Notes: generated by a model from the letters alone, not told the origin. DNA of 62,907 nt from a virus (IMGVR_UViG_3300048851_000073:1-62907), one strand, 5' to 3'. Positions 28,907-39,411 are shown, counted from the first letter of the stretch. Numbers and translations are program-made.

Positions 28907-29437
28907 ATGTCAGATCAACCCACTCAAGAACCAGAAGACAAGAACCCGGTAGGACGGCCGCTCAAGTACAAGACGGTCGAAGAACTGGATCGGGCGATCA
29001 GCGCCTACTTCGATATGTGCGACCCCCATACCCAGCGACGTGTCGTCGACTGCGGGATCAACGAAAAGGGCGAGACCATCTGGCGCGAACGCGAGGTGAT
29101 GACGGAGCAACAGCCGTACACCGTCTCGGGGCTTGCGAGATCCCTTGGCATAGACAGGGATACCCTCATTAACTACAAGAAACGGGACGAATTTTTCGGC
29201 TCGGTCAATGCTGCGTACCAGAGGTGCCACGAGTATGCGGAGTCTCAGCTGTACGGACGGTCAGCCACCGGCGCTGCCTTCTCGCTGAAGAACAACTGGG
29301 GTTGGAAAGACCGCCAAGAGCTGACCGGTGCCGAAGGCGCACCTCTGATGCCGATCGGATTAGACAGCGCCATCTTGGCGAGGATGCAAGACCGTGGCGA
29401 GACTCCACCAGTCGCAGCGGAAGATAGCGGAGAGTAG
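28907..29437 (+). CDS. terS: Terminase small subunit (gp3-like)
   Basis: GRPLKY, PYTVSGLARSLGIDRDTLINY, AAFSLKNNWGWKD; overlaps terL. Confidence 0.88.
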   Translation: MSDQPTQEPEDKNPVGRPLKYKTVEELDRAISAYFDMCDPHTQRRVVDCGINEKGETIWREREVMTEQQPYTVSGLARSLGIDRDTLINYKKRDEFFGSVNAAYQRCHEYAESQLYGRSATGAAFSLKNNWGWKDRQELTGAEGAPLMPIGLDSAILARMQDRGETPPVAAEDSGE

Positions 29438-30602
29438 AGCCCGCTTCAAAGTCCTTCGGTGTGGCCGGCGCTTTGGCAAGACCACGTACGCCGTCGAGGA
29501 GATGAAGGGTGCCTGTCTGTTCGAGCCGGGTCCAGTGGCCTACTTCGCTACCACCAGGGACCAAGCTCGTGACATCGTCTGGGCCGAACTACTCGAAAAC
29601 GTCATAGGCACAAGCAATTACGTTGCACACAATGAACAACGACTCGAGGTCACCCTGCGCCGTCCAGATGGCACGCTCAACCGCATTCGCCTTTTCGGCT
29701 GGGAGAACATCGAGACCGCCCGTGGCAAGAAGTACAGCCTGGTCGTGCTTGATGAGCTGGACTCGATGCGCGCCTTCGAGAAGCAGTGGCGCGAGATCAT
29801 CCGAGCGACCTTGGCGGACTACCGCGGCCGAGCCTTGTTCATGGGAACCCCGAAGGGTTACAAGTCGCTCTATCGCCTAGAGAAGCTGAGTAAGACCAAC
29901 CCGAACTACGAGGTCTTCCACTTCACCAGCTTCGACAACCCGTTCCTGTCCGCCGAAGAGCTCGACGAGATGCGCCTGGAGATGACCGAGACCCAGTTCG
30001 CCCAGGAGATGCTCGCCGAGTACCACAAGATGGAGGGTCTGATCTACGAGGAATTCAGCCGCGACCAGCACATGAAGGCCTGTCCGTTCGCTCCGGTGCG
30101 CTGGGCGTTGAGCATCGACTTTGGATACAACCACCCCTTCGCGGCCGGCATCTGGGCCATCGGTGCGGATGACAGCATGCACCTGGACCGCATGGTCTAC
30201 GAGCGGAAGTTGAGTGACGAAAAGCGTAAGCAAGCCGTGAGCGACTTGATCGGGGACACCAAGCTCGACTACCAGATCGGCGACTCGGAAGATCCGCTCG
30301 CGATCGACACGCTCAACCGGCAGCTGGGGTTGAAGATCCAGCCGGTGATCAAGGGGCCAGGCTCAGTGCTTGAAGGCATCAACAAGTCCAAGTCGTTGCT
30401 ACACCAGGGACGTCTGACCATGGACCCATCGTGCGAGGACCTGGCGTGGGAGAAGGAGAACTACAGCTGGAAGCTCGACAAGAACGACGAACCCCTGGAC
30501 GAGCCGGTCAAGGAGAACGACGATGCCTGCGACATGGAGCGGTACGCGGTGGTCACGATCCACGGCGTGCGAAGGAAGGAGTTCAGGGTGAGAGAGGCGT
30601 AG
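29394..30602 (+). CDS. terL: Terminase large subunit
   Basis: GRRFGKT, VVLDE, GTPKG, IDFGYNHP, DDACDMERY. Confidence 0.95.
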   Translation: MARLHQSQRKIAESRARFKVLRCGRRFGKTTYAVEEMKGACLFEPGPVAYFATTRDQARDIVWAELLENVIGTSNYVAHNEQRLEVTLRRPDGTLNRIRLFGWENIETARGKKYSLVVLDELDSMRAFEKQWREIIRATLADYRGRALFMGTPKGYKSLYRLEKLSKTNPNYEVFHFTSFDNPFLSAEELDEMRLEMTETQFAQEMLAEYHKMEGLIYEEFSRDQHMKACPFAPVRWALSIDFGYNHPFAAGIWAIGADDSMHLDRMVYERKLSDEKRKQAVSDLIGDTKLDYQIGDSEDPLAIDTLNRQLGLKIQPVIKGPGSVLEGINKSKSLLHQGRLTMDPSCEDLAWEKENYSWKLDKNDEPLDEPVKENDDACDMERYAVVTIHGVRRKEFRVREA

Positions 30603-30615
30603 TTGGTCAGTTTTG

Positions 30616-31236
30616 TCATCTCTGCAGCTGATTGAGCTGGTTCACCAGGCAGTCGGCAATCCACTGTGTGAATGTTGAGCGTCCAGGGCTTGGTTCTACA
30701 ACAGGATAAACCGAGGAGGACCCATCAGATAGAGGATCTGTGAACCTGACCTGTGCCAGGTGTACCTCTGTGGGTCCGTTAAGTGGGGAAACAACCTGAG
30801 GAACCGCCGGTCGGACTTCGTAGATGCGTAAGCCTTCATGTTTGAGTGGTTTATATCCACTCTCACCTGGGTGTGGACCCATGAAAGCCTTCTTTTTCTT
30901 CAGAAACTCAAACTTGCCTACGTATGCGCTCCCGTCCTTGCAGACGAAGAGTGCGTACTTGTCGCCGGCTTCGTAGCTGAGTATCCAAGTGTGGAGGACC
31001 ACGCCGGTGTTCAAGAAGACCTTCTTCGTCAATGCTGGATATTGCACCAGGGCGACCCGTTCGGCTCCGGACCCAACTAACACCTCGTACGCCTTGGTGG
31101 CCCCTACTCGTAGCAGCTCCGCCTGGTCAGCGTGTAGCGGTTCCTGCGCTTGTGCACCTGCAAGTGCGCCGTCAGCCTGCTGCTGGCGTCGTTGGTGCGC
31201 CGCTTGTATTGCCTTGTCGAACGGGTCATCGGACAT
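30616..31236 (-). CDS. Hypothetical moron protein
   Basis: Opposite-strand insert between terL and portal. Confidence 0.55.
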   Translation of the reverse strand: MSDDPFDKAIQAAHQRRQQQADGALAGAQAQEPLHADQAELLRVGATKAYEVLVGSGAERVALVQYPALTKKVFLNTGVVLHTWILSYEAGDKYALFVCKDGSAYVGKFEFLKKKKAFMGPHPGESGYKPLKHEGLRIYEVRPAVPQVVSPLNGPTEVHLAQVRFTDPLSDGSSSVYPVVEPSPGRSTFTQWIADCLVNQLNQLQR

Positions 31237-31369
31237 CGGCGCGCCTCCGCATTACAGTTAGCTCCCAGGGCGACACTTAAGACGTCACCTGCGAGTCGGT
31301 GCCGCACAGAATGCCACAACACCGTGAACAGCGCATGGCTTACGAGCAGTGACGTGCGATGATCTGGCC

Positions 31370-32032
31370 ATGTTTGATCCAGTGGTGTGGGGGACGGTTG
31401 CTGCGTGGGTGAGTGCCGTGGGCACGACAGGGTCTGTCGGGGTAGCTGCCGGCTATTACATTTTCTCCCAGTACACGTCTCGCAGGGCGCAGGCAATGAT
31501 GGTTGCTGTTCAAACCGATGACCGTACGGGCAGCTTGGCAGTCGAGATACGCAACAACTCAGCGGCGACCATCTACGATCTACAGCTTGCCCTGGTTAAG
31601 CGGAAGCTCAAAGACGTTGTGACCGACCCGGCACACGGAACACCATTCGACGAATCGTTGCCAGAAATACGTGACGAGTGGCGAGATGCTCCAGGTATCC
31701 TACCGCTCTATCTCGATGAGGGCACAGGGAAACTTGCGACGGGGGAGCAAGTCAAGAAGGTTTTCGAAGGCGTAAGTATGTCGCGTCATTACATGCTTGT
31801 GCTGACGTTTATGGATGCAAACTCCTTTCACTGGGAAATGGAGATAGCTTCGTATTCCGATAAACAGCGTCATCGGTTGCGGCGGGTAAAGTATTTCCTT
31901 GGTGTGTTCAAGAAAGATGATGACTGGCACATGACATTCAACCAATGGCGTGCATACCGCGTCGGACGATGGAAGCGCGCCCGCTGGGCTCGGCGGAACT
32001 CACAAGAACTAAATACTTCCAACCGTCAGTAG
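31370..32032 (+). CDS. Membrane-anchored moron protein, paralog 2
   Basis: WGTVAAW-TM-QA, NNSAATIYDL, FMDANSFHW. Confidence 0.7.
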   Translation: MFDPVVWGTVAAWVSAVGTTGSVGVAAGYYIFSQYTSRRAQAMMVAVQTDDRTGSLAVEIRNNSAATIYDLQLALVKRKLKDVVTDPAHGTPFDESLPEIRDEWRDAPGILPLYLDEGTGKLATGEQVKKVFEGVSMSRHYMLVLTFMDANSFHWEMEIASYSDKQRHRLRRVKYFLGVFKKDDDWHMTFNQWRAYRVGRWKRARWARRNSQELNTSNRQ

Positions 32033-32167
32033 GTCTTTCACTGTCAACAATAGAACATAACGCGCCCTGATGCGCCTGACGTGCCCTAAGTCATCTACGG
32101 GCGTGTGCGAACTTACAAAAGAGGGGTTTCCCGGCGCGTCCGGTGTAGGCATGCGATCATTGACCTC

Positions 32168-32833
32168 ATGGGTGGTGTAGCTACTTGGGGGCCGGTCGCG
32201 GTATGGGTAGGAGCAGGCTTTGCAGGTCTAGCAATAATACTTGGTTTGATCTATTACGTGCTGGACAGGCGACGCGAGAAGTCTAGCCAAGCCCGCTTCG
32301 TGCGCTTCGCGGAAGATAAAACACATATCGATATCCGATGGTTGATAACCAACAATTCCGATAAGGCTCTGCACGATGTCCGGTTGTTTTGGCGGCGTCC
32401 GGAATCGTTGGAAGAGGCATTAGTTGATCGGGCAAGCCGGTACGGGTCGAAGAATTGGGGTCATGAGCACGCTTCATTCCTCTTCACGGACGATGCCATC
32501 CTCGACCGTTACGCAAAGTTGCCTCCAACGGGACCTTTTAAGCAGTGGCACATCGTGGCACCGAACAAAACCGTCAAGGTGTGGCAGCAAGAGGGGTATA
32601 ACCCTACCTTGGGCGGACGTATCATTCTCAGCTTTACCGATGCTGGGGGGGATAGGTGGTTCGCTTATCCCGGCCAAGTTCCAACTCGCAAGCCCAAACG
32701 AGCTCGGCGTAGGTTACGGATGCCTGAAGGCAGGCGCAAGTATCTGATGCAAATGGGAATGCGGCACCGAGCTCGGCGTTTAGCTGCTGATATTAAGTCT
32801 CGCTTCCCGGATCGAGATATCGAAAGTGGGTAG
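32168..32833 (+). CDS. Membrane-anchored moron protein, paralog 3
   Basis: WGPVAVW-TM-QA, NNSDKALHDV, FTDAGGDRW. Confidence 0.7.
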   Translation: MGGVATWGPVAVWVGAGFAGLAIILGLIYYVLDRRREKSSQARFVRFAEDKTHIDIRWLITNNSDKALHDVRLFWRRPESLEEALVDRASRYGSKNWGHEHASFLFTDDAILDRYAKLPPTGPFKQWHIVAPNKTVKVWQQEGYNPTLGGRIILSFTDAGGDRWFAYPGQVPTRKPKRARRRLRMPEGRRKYLMQMGMRHRARRLAADIKSRFPDRDIESG

Positions 32834-32897
32834 TGTTTACATGTGATGCGCTTTAGGCCATAATCCAAGATAGAACATAGCGCGCACACAACTTCAC

Positions 32898-34241
32898 ATG
32901 GCAAGAAAGAACACCCCCCTTCGATACAAACTCGCAGCCCGCCTCCTAGGGCGTGACAAGGCGTTCATCCCGCACCTGTCGAACACGCTCGACCTGTTCG
33001 ACGGTGGCGGAACGATCAAGAACTACAAGACCAAAGGCGAGGCGATTACCGCCAACCTTGGCTGGGCCTTCACCGCCAACGACGCGATTGCACGCCCGAC
33101 CGCCCGCGTAGAACTCAAGCTCTACCGCCGGGACAAGAAGGGCGATCGCACGGAGATCTTCGAGCACGAGATTCTGGAGCTGTTGAAGCGGCCAAACGGT
33201 GCGCTCAAGGGCAAGCAGATGCGCCGCCTCCACTTCAGCTACATGAACTTCGCAGGTGAGAGCTACGAGCTGATGATGAAGGGTGACCAACCGTTCGAGC
33301 CAAAGAAGGGTCAGCTGCCTGACTCACTTCACGTTCTGCCGGCCCACCTGGTCGAGTTCAAACTGGGGGATACCTACAGCCAGAGCGTCGTGAAGTTCGA
33401 CAACAAGAGCTACCCAATCACTGCTGTCATGCGTGACCTCAACCCTGATCCGCGCAACCCATACTTCGGCCAATCGATCATCACCGCCGCAGCTGCCACC
33501 ATTGACACGGACGAGCAGATGAAGGATTGGAACCGACGCTTCTTCGCCAACAACGCTCGACCCGGCCTGATCTTCAGTACCAAGGAAGAGATGAGCGACG
33601 ACGCGTACGCCCGTTGGAAGCAGCAGTTCAGTGACGAGCACACTGGTAGCGAGAACGCCTACAAGAACCTGCTCGTAGAGAACGGGGATGCCAAGCCCTA
33701 CATGGTGAGCCAGCAAGACCTAGACTTCCTCGCCAGTCGCAAGTTCACCCGCGACGAGATCTTCGCGATGTTCCAGGTATCGCCCGCCGTGGTCGGGATG
33801 GTGGAAAACGCCAACCGTTCGATCATGGACGGGGCGATCTATACCCACACGATCAACAACGTCATGCCTCGCATCGAAGACTGGGTAGAGCTACAGAACA
33901 CTAGCTGGATACAGGTCTACGACCCAACCCTCGAGCTGGACTTCGTGAGCCCCGTCCCAGAAGACAAGGCGGCCAAGCTGAATGAAGCGGATAAGGGCAC
34001 AAACAAGTGGATGACGATCGATGAGACCCGCGAGCAATACGGCATGGAGGCGCTTCCTGACGGTCTAGGAGGGCAGATCTACGCGCAGGCGACTCTCGCG
34101 CCACTCGAACGCATTGCGACCGCTCCAGCGCCTGCAGACACGTCACAGGACGATTCTGAGGATGAGGATGATCCCGACAACCCAACTGGCACAACCGATG
34201 AGGGTAAGAAGAGCGTCCCAAAATCGTCACGCGCAGCCTAG
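32898..34241 (+). CDS. Portal protein (HK97 family)
   Basis: LLKRPN, YFGQS, FFANNARPG, DLDFLASRKFTRDEIFAMFQV, MTIDETREQYG. Confidence 0.93.
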   Translation: MARKNTPLRYKLAARLLGRDKAFIPHLSNTLDLFDGGGTIKNYKTKGEAITANLGWAFTANDAIARPTARVELKLYRRDKKGDRTEIFEHEILELLKRPNGALKGKQMRRLHFSYMNFAGESYELMMKGDQPFEPKKGQLPDSLHVLPAHLVEFKLGDTYSQSVVKFDNKSYPITAVMRDLNPDPRNPYFGQSIITAAAATIDTDEQMKDWNRRFFANNARPGLIFSTKEEMSDDAYARWKQQFSDEHTGSENAYKNLLVENGDAKPYMVSQQDLDFLASRKFTRDEIFAMFQVSPAVVGMVENANRSIMDGAIYTHTINNVMPRIEDWVELQNTSWIQVYDPTLELDFVSPVPEDKAAKLNEADKGTNKWMTIDETREQYGMEALPDGLGGQIYAQATLAPLERIATAPAPADTSQDDSEDEDDPDNPTGTTDEGKKSVPKSSRAA

Positions 34242-35029
34242 AGCCCGACGACAAGGTCGATCTCTATCGCCGCCGTGGTGAGTACCACGAGGGCGTCGTG
34301 CTCGAATCCCTTCGCCGGCAGTTCGAGGCACAACGCACGATCGTGCTGGGCAAGCTCGACACCACGCCAACGCCCACAAAGGGGTACACCCGCAAGGACT
34401 GGCTGAGTGATGTCGTCGAGTGGGGTGAGCTGGACAAGGAGATGGCGCGGGTAATGGCACCGCTGCTACTAAGCATCGTTGCTGAGACCGGCAAGTATGC
34501 CTATGAGCAGGTCAATCTAGACCCGCAGCTCTTCAACACGTTCAACCAGTCGATCCAGAACTATTACCAGTCACGCAGCACCAAGATCGCCAAGGACGTC
34601 AACGACGAGACCGAGAAGCAGCTCCGAGCTGAGCTATCCCAGGGCATCCAGGCAGGGGAGACGAGCTTCGAGCTACGAGCACGCATTGAGAAGGTGTTCG
34701 GCGCGGCGCTGACCTACCGGGCTGATCGGATCGCACGCACGGAAGTCACACGGGCACAGAGCTTCGCGGACATCGAGGGGTGGTCGCAGAGTGGTGTTGT
34801 CGAGGCCAAGGAGTGGTTCACGGCGCAGGATGAACGCACCTGCAAGTTCTGTCGGCCGATGCACGGCAAAGTGATCGGGCTACGGAAGAACTTCTTCAGC
34901 AAGGGCGACGTGTTCGAGGGGGATGACGGCAAGACGATCAACCTGGACTACGACGATGTGCCGGGTGCGCCGTTGCATGGGAACTGCCGATGTGTGCTGT
35001 TGCCGGTGTTGATTAGTTCAATCGAGTAG
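34208..35029 (+). CDS. MuF/gp7-like head morphogenesis domain (frame open from 34208; GTG at 34298 or -1 frameshift from portal)
   Basis: RADRIARTEV, KEWFTAQDERTCKFC..HG, PLHGNCRC. Confidence 0.9.
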   Translation, partial: EERPKIVTRSLEPDDKVDLYRRRGEYHEGVVLESLRRQFEAQRTIVLGKLDTTPTPTKGYTRKDWLSDVVEWGELDKEMARVMAPLLLSIVAETGKYAYEQVNLDPQLFNTFNQSIQNYYQSRSTKIAKDVNDETEKQLRAELSQGIQAGETSFELRARIEKVFGAALTYRADRIARTEVTRAQSFADIEGWSQSGVVEAKEWFTAQDERTCKFCRPMHGKVIGLRKNFFSKGDVFEGDDGKTINLDYDDVPGAPLHGNCRCVLLPVLISSIE

Positions 35030-35710
35030 TCCGTATTTTTTGACGAAACGGCCGTAAAACTTGCGCTTAAGAAACCGCGGCAAGCGAACGTAGACAATGC
35101 TCTTCGATCTCAGGTAGCGGTCATGCTCCAACCGGGTTGAGTCAATCTTGTTGTCGTGCTTCACTATCGCGGTTATGCGTTCGATTGCGCGTATTAAGTC
35201 GCGCCTCGGTGTCCGTCTGTCTTCGGCATCGCGTTGAATCGCACTAGCGCCATCCCTGGCGGCCACCATCAGGCTGACTGCTGCCCGTGCGGTAAGAGGT
35301 TTCCCGATCAGATCGATCTTGCCGTTAATATCGTTGATCACGTCGGCGGCTCGTTGTGCTTCCGCCTTTTCCTCTGGACTGTACTCAGCCTTCCTCAGCA
35401 GCATGATCAGTCCAGAGGCCGCTTGCGTTGCGGTAACGCACATGTCGCGAATTTCCCTTTCCCACTGCCGCCTATCCTCGCGACGACGCTTTAGCGCCTC
35501 GTTCCAAGTCAGAAAGCCCCCAGCGACGAGGGCGGCGATAAGCGTAGCCAGGGGAATTGCCCACCAGACGGTGCCATTGGAATGTTGCTCGACGACGATT
35601 TTGATCTGGTCGGGTACCAGTTGCGAAGGTGTGGGGACCGGAACTGCAGTAGAGGCAGGCACACTCGGCTGGCTCGGAAGCGGTGAGGGTGTAATCACTG
35701 TCGTCGTCAC
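35018..35710 (-). CDS. Membrane moron protein
   Basis: Pro-rich N-terminus, single TM, RRREDRRQW. Confidence 0.6.
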   Translation of the reverse strand: MTTTVITPSPLPSQPSVPASTAVPVPTPSQLVPDQIKIVVEQHSNGTVWWAIPLATLIAALVAGGFLTWNEALKRRREDRRQWEREIRDMCVTATQAASGLIMLLRKAEYSPEEKAEAQRAADVINDINGKIDLIGKPLTARAAVSLMVAARDGASAIQRDAEDRRTPRRDLIRAIERITAIVKHDNKIDSTRLEHDRYLRSKSIVYVRLPRFLKRKFYGRFVKKYGLLD

Positions 35711-35788
35711 TGCGGAACTGTAACACCAGCTCAGGCCGTGTTTCGCGCTTGATGAATCCTTCCCCTTGCTACATACTTAGAACTAGAT

Positions 35789-36136
35789 ATGTCAGCTGGT
35801 CAATACAACTTCACGATCGAACAAGGCACCACACTTAGGAAAAAGTTCCGTTGGACTGACCCTGACGGCAACCCGATTAACCTCACTGGCGCTGTCTGCC
35901 GCATGCAGATCCGCAAGACCAAGTCTACGACTTCACCACTCATCGCCGATCTGACCGATCACCTGACGCTCGACGCACTGGATGGCAGCGTCTACCTCGA
36001 AGTGCCAGGCGAAGTGACGTACGCGTACAAGTTCGACACCGGGCGCTTCAGCTTGAGAGTGGACCGAGCCGAGGACGCAAAGCGACTGATCGAAGGGGTG
36101 GTGACCAACTCGCGGGAGACAACGGCGAATGCCTGA
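35789..36136 (+). CDS. Small virion beta-sandwich protein (BppU/LtfC-like)
   Basis: NFTIEQGTT..PINLTGAVCRMQIR. Confidence 0.65.
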   Translation: MSAGQYNFTIEQGTTLRKKFRWTDPDGNPINLTGAVCRMQIRKTKSTTSPLIADLTDHLTLDALDGSVYLEVPGEVTYAYKFDTGRFSLRVDRAEDAKRLIEGVVTNSRETTANA

Positions 36137-39100
36137 GATCGTCACCATCACAGATGAACCCGACAAGGTAGTCGTCACCGAACAAGACGGCATCGCGCTC
36201 GTCACGGTGGTTGCGCAGGGCCCGCAAGGTCCTGCGGGTGATACCGATTTGCTCGCATCTGTTGCTTTCACGGGCGAGTACGACGATCTAGAAGGCAAGC
36301 CAACGATCCCCGATGTGGCAGGCAAGGCCGACACAACCTACGTCGACACCCGTAGCGCGATCCTTCAGGCGGCGATCGATGGCAAACCGGACACGTCCGA
36401 CTTGTCGACTGTCGGCCTGACCGGAGAGTACGCAGACCTACTGAACAAGCCGGACATTCCTGCTCATCTGGTCTACGACGTCAAGTTCGGTGTCACCGTT
36501 GATGGGGTCAGGTACCAGGCTGTAGGTGACGGCTCGACTGACGATGCTCCAGCGCTGCGCATGATCGAAGACAAGATCAACGAGGACGGCTTTGGTGTGA
36601 TGTGGTTTCCGCCAGGCCGGTACATGTGCCGCTCTCACGTATGGATTCGCAACGGTGTAACTGTCGACGGCGTCTCGAACGCATCGATACTCACCTCAGA
36701 CGTTGAGGGGCTGCTTGGAATCTTCCGCACCGATCAGTCACACGAGATCCCTGACGGCTGGGTTTGTCAGAACATCACCTTCGAAGGCACCGTAACTAGC
36801 TTCCCAACGGTCCCAACGTCGGACCGCGACCGCACGCCGGGTCCGTTCCATGCAATAAAGGTCAACGGCAGTTTCGCGCCTGAGGTCCAGGACGACTTCG
36901 GCCAACCGACCTCAGGCCCTCTGATCCGCAACATCTACCTGAACAACATCAAGGTCAAGAACATGGCAAGCCTTCCGATCACCATCTTCGGAGTGAGCGG
37001 TCGTCATGTGACGTCGAACTGCGAGTTTGAGTACACCAAGGATGCTGGCTGGGTCTTCAACGAAGAAGTCATCCTCATAGGTAGCCGCTCCTACGGTTCC
37101 AACGACAACGGGTTCTCGCTGAGCCGCGGAAACCGCAAGGTCGTCTGCGTTGGTAACACGGTAGAAAATGCTGCGCTCTATGGCATTTGGCTGTCTGGAT
37201 ACAACTCGAGTATCGGTCCGACAGAGTTTGTCTGTACTGGGAACACGGTCATCGACACGGGACGGGCGTGTATCAACCTCGACTTCGGTCCATCGTTTGG
37301 GATCATTGCCAACAACTACCTAAACCAGGGTTACCACCGTGGTCCAGTGGGTCACGTCGGTGACATTGGGACAGATGGCATCTCGATCTCAGGGGCGAGC
37401 GGAAACGTCCACGCAACAGGACTTCTCGTCACCAACAACGTCATCAAGAACGCCGCACGCAACGGCATCGGAATCAAGGAGCTCGACAACGCACTGATCT
37501 CGGGCAACCACATCATCAACCCAGGCATGGACTACCGAGCAAACGGGACAGAGATCCTGGCGATCGACACGGACTCGAACCACGGCATATCGATGAATAC
37601 CGCTGGGACGTACAGCAATGTCCGTGTGATGGGGAACAACTTGGTTGAGTCTCGCTCAACTCCGCTCGGGAACCTGCCGATCTACCGTCCGAACACTTCC
37701 GGCACCCGCATGGCACGCAACGAGGCAACTGGTGCGTGGCGGGTGAAGAACAACACTCTGACGATCAACGACACAGTAATGCCGGGCAACCCAGTGGTAC
37801 TTCAGATGGCCGGCGACGATACATCCGTTGAGGTTCAGTGGAATATGCGGGGGAGCGGCAAGCTCGCGCTGCGGAATGCTGACGGTAGCGTCCTGAATCT
37901 TCACAGCACGAGTACCTCGAACGCAGCCAAGGCGACCATGCTCATGAGCGCAGGTGCAGATGACACGGATTACATCGGCGCAGTCACCGCAAGTAGGAAC
38001 GGCGACGCCACCAGCTCCACAGTTGCAATCCGGCCGTTCAGGAACAACCTGCTTGCGTCTGACGGGACTGCTGCACCGTTCTGGGTGAAGGGCATGCCAT
38101 CCAACAGCAGGGGAATCATCGGGCTCGGCGGTGGCCAGGTCAACTGGCGTACAGCTGTGGACAATACGGCCTACACCGCAAACGCGAATGACTACTTGAT
38201 CGTGTGGACCAATCTGACAGCCGGTAGGACGCTCACTCTCAAGGACGCGGCGACTCTGGACGCAGGGCAGACCTACATCATTGCTGACGAGTCAGGCCTT
38301 GCAGGTACACACAACATCACGATCGCACCGCTTGTCGGGACAATCAATGGTGCAGTGAACGTTAAGCTCGCGTCCAACTATGGACAGCTCCTCGTGTGGT
38401 CCGATGGAACCAACTGGCATTCCTCACTTGATCTATCCGGGAAGGTCGACGTTGTAGCTGACAAGGGATTGTCGACCAACGACTACACGACGGCAGACCA
38501 GTCGAAGCTTGCAGGGATCGCGCCTGGAGCTACGCAGAACTCGTCTGACGCGTCTTTGCGCGACAGATCGACCCATACTGGCAGTCAACCGATTTCGTCT
38601 GTCACAACGCTTCAAACAGCGCTGGATAGCAAGGCCACAGACTCTGCGGTACTGCACTTGACAGGCGGCGAAACCGTAGCTGGCGTCGTGACGTTTGCAT
38701 CGAGGCCGGTGCTGACTGGGGTTTCCGACTCCAGCGGTTCCCAGATCCTCGGCCTGGCGGCCGTCGCGTCGGCAGTGAACTACGTGCAGTTGAGCAACGC
38801 AGCAGCCGGTGCCGCCGCAGCTGTTTCCGCTGCGGGTTCCGATACGAACATTCCGCTCGTCATTACTGGCAAAGGCAATGGATCGGTCAACATCCGTCCG
38901 GCGGCGAACTCGGTGTCTGGGGTGAAACTTCAGAACGCGAATGGGGCCAACACTGTTCTGAACGTAGACACCAGCAATCTTCGTATTGGGATTGGGAACG
39001 CTGCGCCGAATTCATCCCTTCACGTCTCCGGCTCCCTCGCCACCGCCGTCACGGCCACAGCACTCAACGCAGCAACGACCCTCACCGCAGCCCATGAAGC

Positions 39101-39326
39101 CGTTGAGATCGATACAACAGCCAACATCACCCTCCCCGCACTCTCTACCTGCCAAGGTCGCGTCTACGAACTGGTGAACATCAACGCTGGTACAGCGACC
39201 ATCAAAGGCAACGGCACTGAGCTGATTGGCAACGTCACGACAGCGAACACGTTGAGCATCCCGTCGGGCGAGACGCGGGTGTTGAAGGCGTTTCCGGGAG
39301 CTTGGCGGGTGATGTCGGCGAGTTAG
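36129..39326 (+). CDS. Large fibre/spike with pectate-lyase-like beta-helix (putative depolymerase)
   Basis: AVGDGSTDDAPA, FPPGRY, repeated GN/NN beta-helix turns, fibre repeats (TGEYxDLxxKPxIP, KGLSTNDYT). Confidence 0.8.
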   Translation: MPEIVTITDEPDKVVVTEQDGIALVTVVAQGPQGPAGDTDLLASVAFTGEYDDLEGKPTIPDVAGKADTTYVDTRSAILQAAIDGKPDTSDLSTVGLTGEYADLLNKPDIPAHLVYDVKFGVTVDGVRYQAVGDGSTDDAPALRMIEDKINEDGFGVMWFPPGRYMCRSHVWIRNGVTVDGVSNASILTSDVEGLLGIFRTDQSHEIPDGWVCQNITFEGTVTSFPTVPTSDRDRTPGPFHAIKVNGSFAPEVQDDFGQPTSGPLIRNIYLNNIKVKNMASLPITIFGVSGRHVTSNCEFEYTKDAGWVFNEEVILIGSRSYGSNDNGFSLSRGNRKVVCVGNTVENAALYGIWLSGYNSSIGPTEFVCTGNTVIDTGRACINLDFGPSFGIIANNYLNQGYHRGPVGHVGDIGTDGISISGASGNVHATGLLVTNNVIKNAARNGIGIKELDNALISGNHIINPGMDYRANGTEILAIDTDSNHGISMNTAGTYSNVRVMGNNLVESRSTPLGNLPIYRPNTSGTRMARNEATGAWRVKNNTLTINDTVMPGNPVVLQMAGDDTSVEVQWNMRGSGKLALRNADGSVLNLHSTSTSNAAKATMLMSAGADDTDYIGAVTASRNGDATSSTVAIRPFRNNLLASDGTAAPFWVKGMPSNSRGIIGLGGGQVNWRTAVDNTAYTANANDYLIVWTNLTAGRTLTLKDAATLDAGQTYIIADESGLAGTHNITIAPLVGTINGAVNVKLASNYGQLLVWSDGTNWHSSLDLSGKVDVVADKGLSTNDYTTADQSKLAGIAPGATQNSSDASLRDRSTHTGSQPISSVTTLQTALDSKATDSAVLHLTGGETVAGVVTFASRPVLTGVSDSSGSQILGLAAVASAVNYVQLSNAAAGAAAAVSAAGSDTNIPLVITGKGNGSVNIRPAANSVSGVKLQNANGANTVLNVDTSNLRIGIGNAAPNSSLHVSGSLATAVTATALNAATTLTAAHEAVEIDTTANITLPALSTCQGRVYELVNINAGTATIKGNGTELIGNVTTANTLSIPSGETRVLKAFPGAWRVMSAS

Positions 39327-39411
39327 GTGAGTTGATCGAGACGACGATCGCGACGGTGATGTTGGTGTATCGGTTGTGACGCCGTGGATAAACCTATCGA
39401 GAATCTTCCGG

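Noticed and set aside
34298-35710. MuF polymorphic toxin with immunity gene
   Set aside because: MuF ends right after the HxNCRC motif with no toxin extension, and the next gene is convergent
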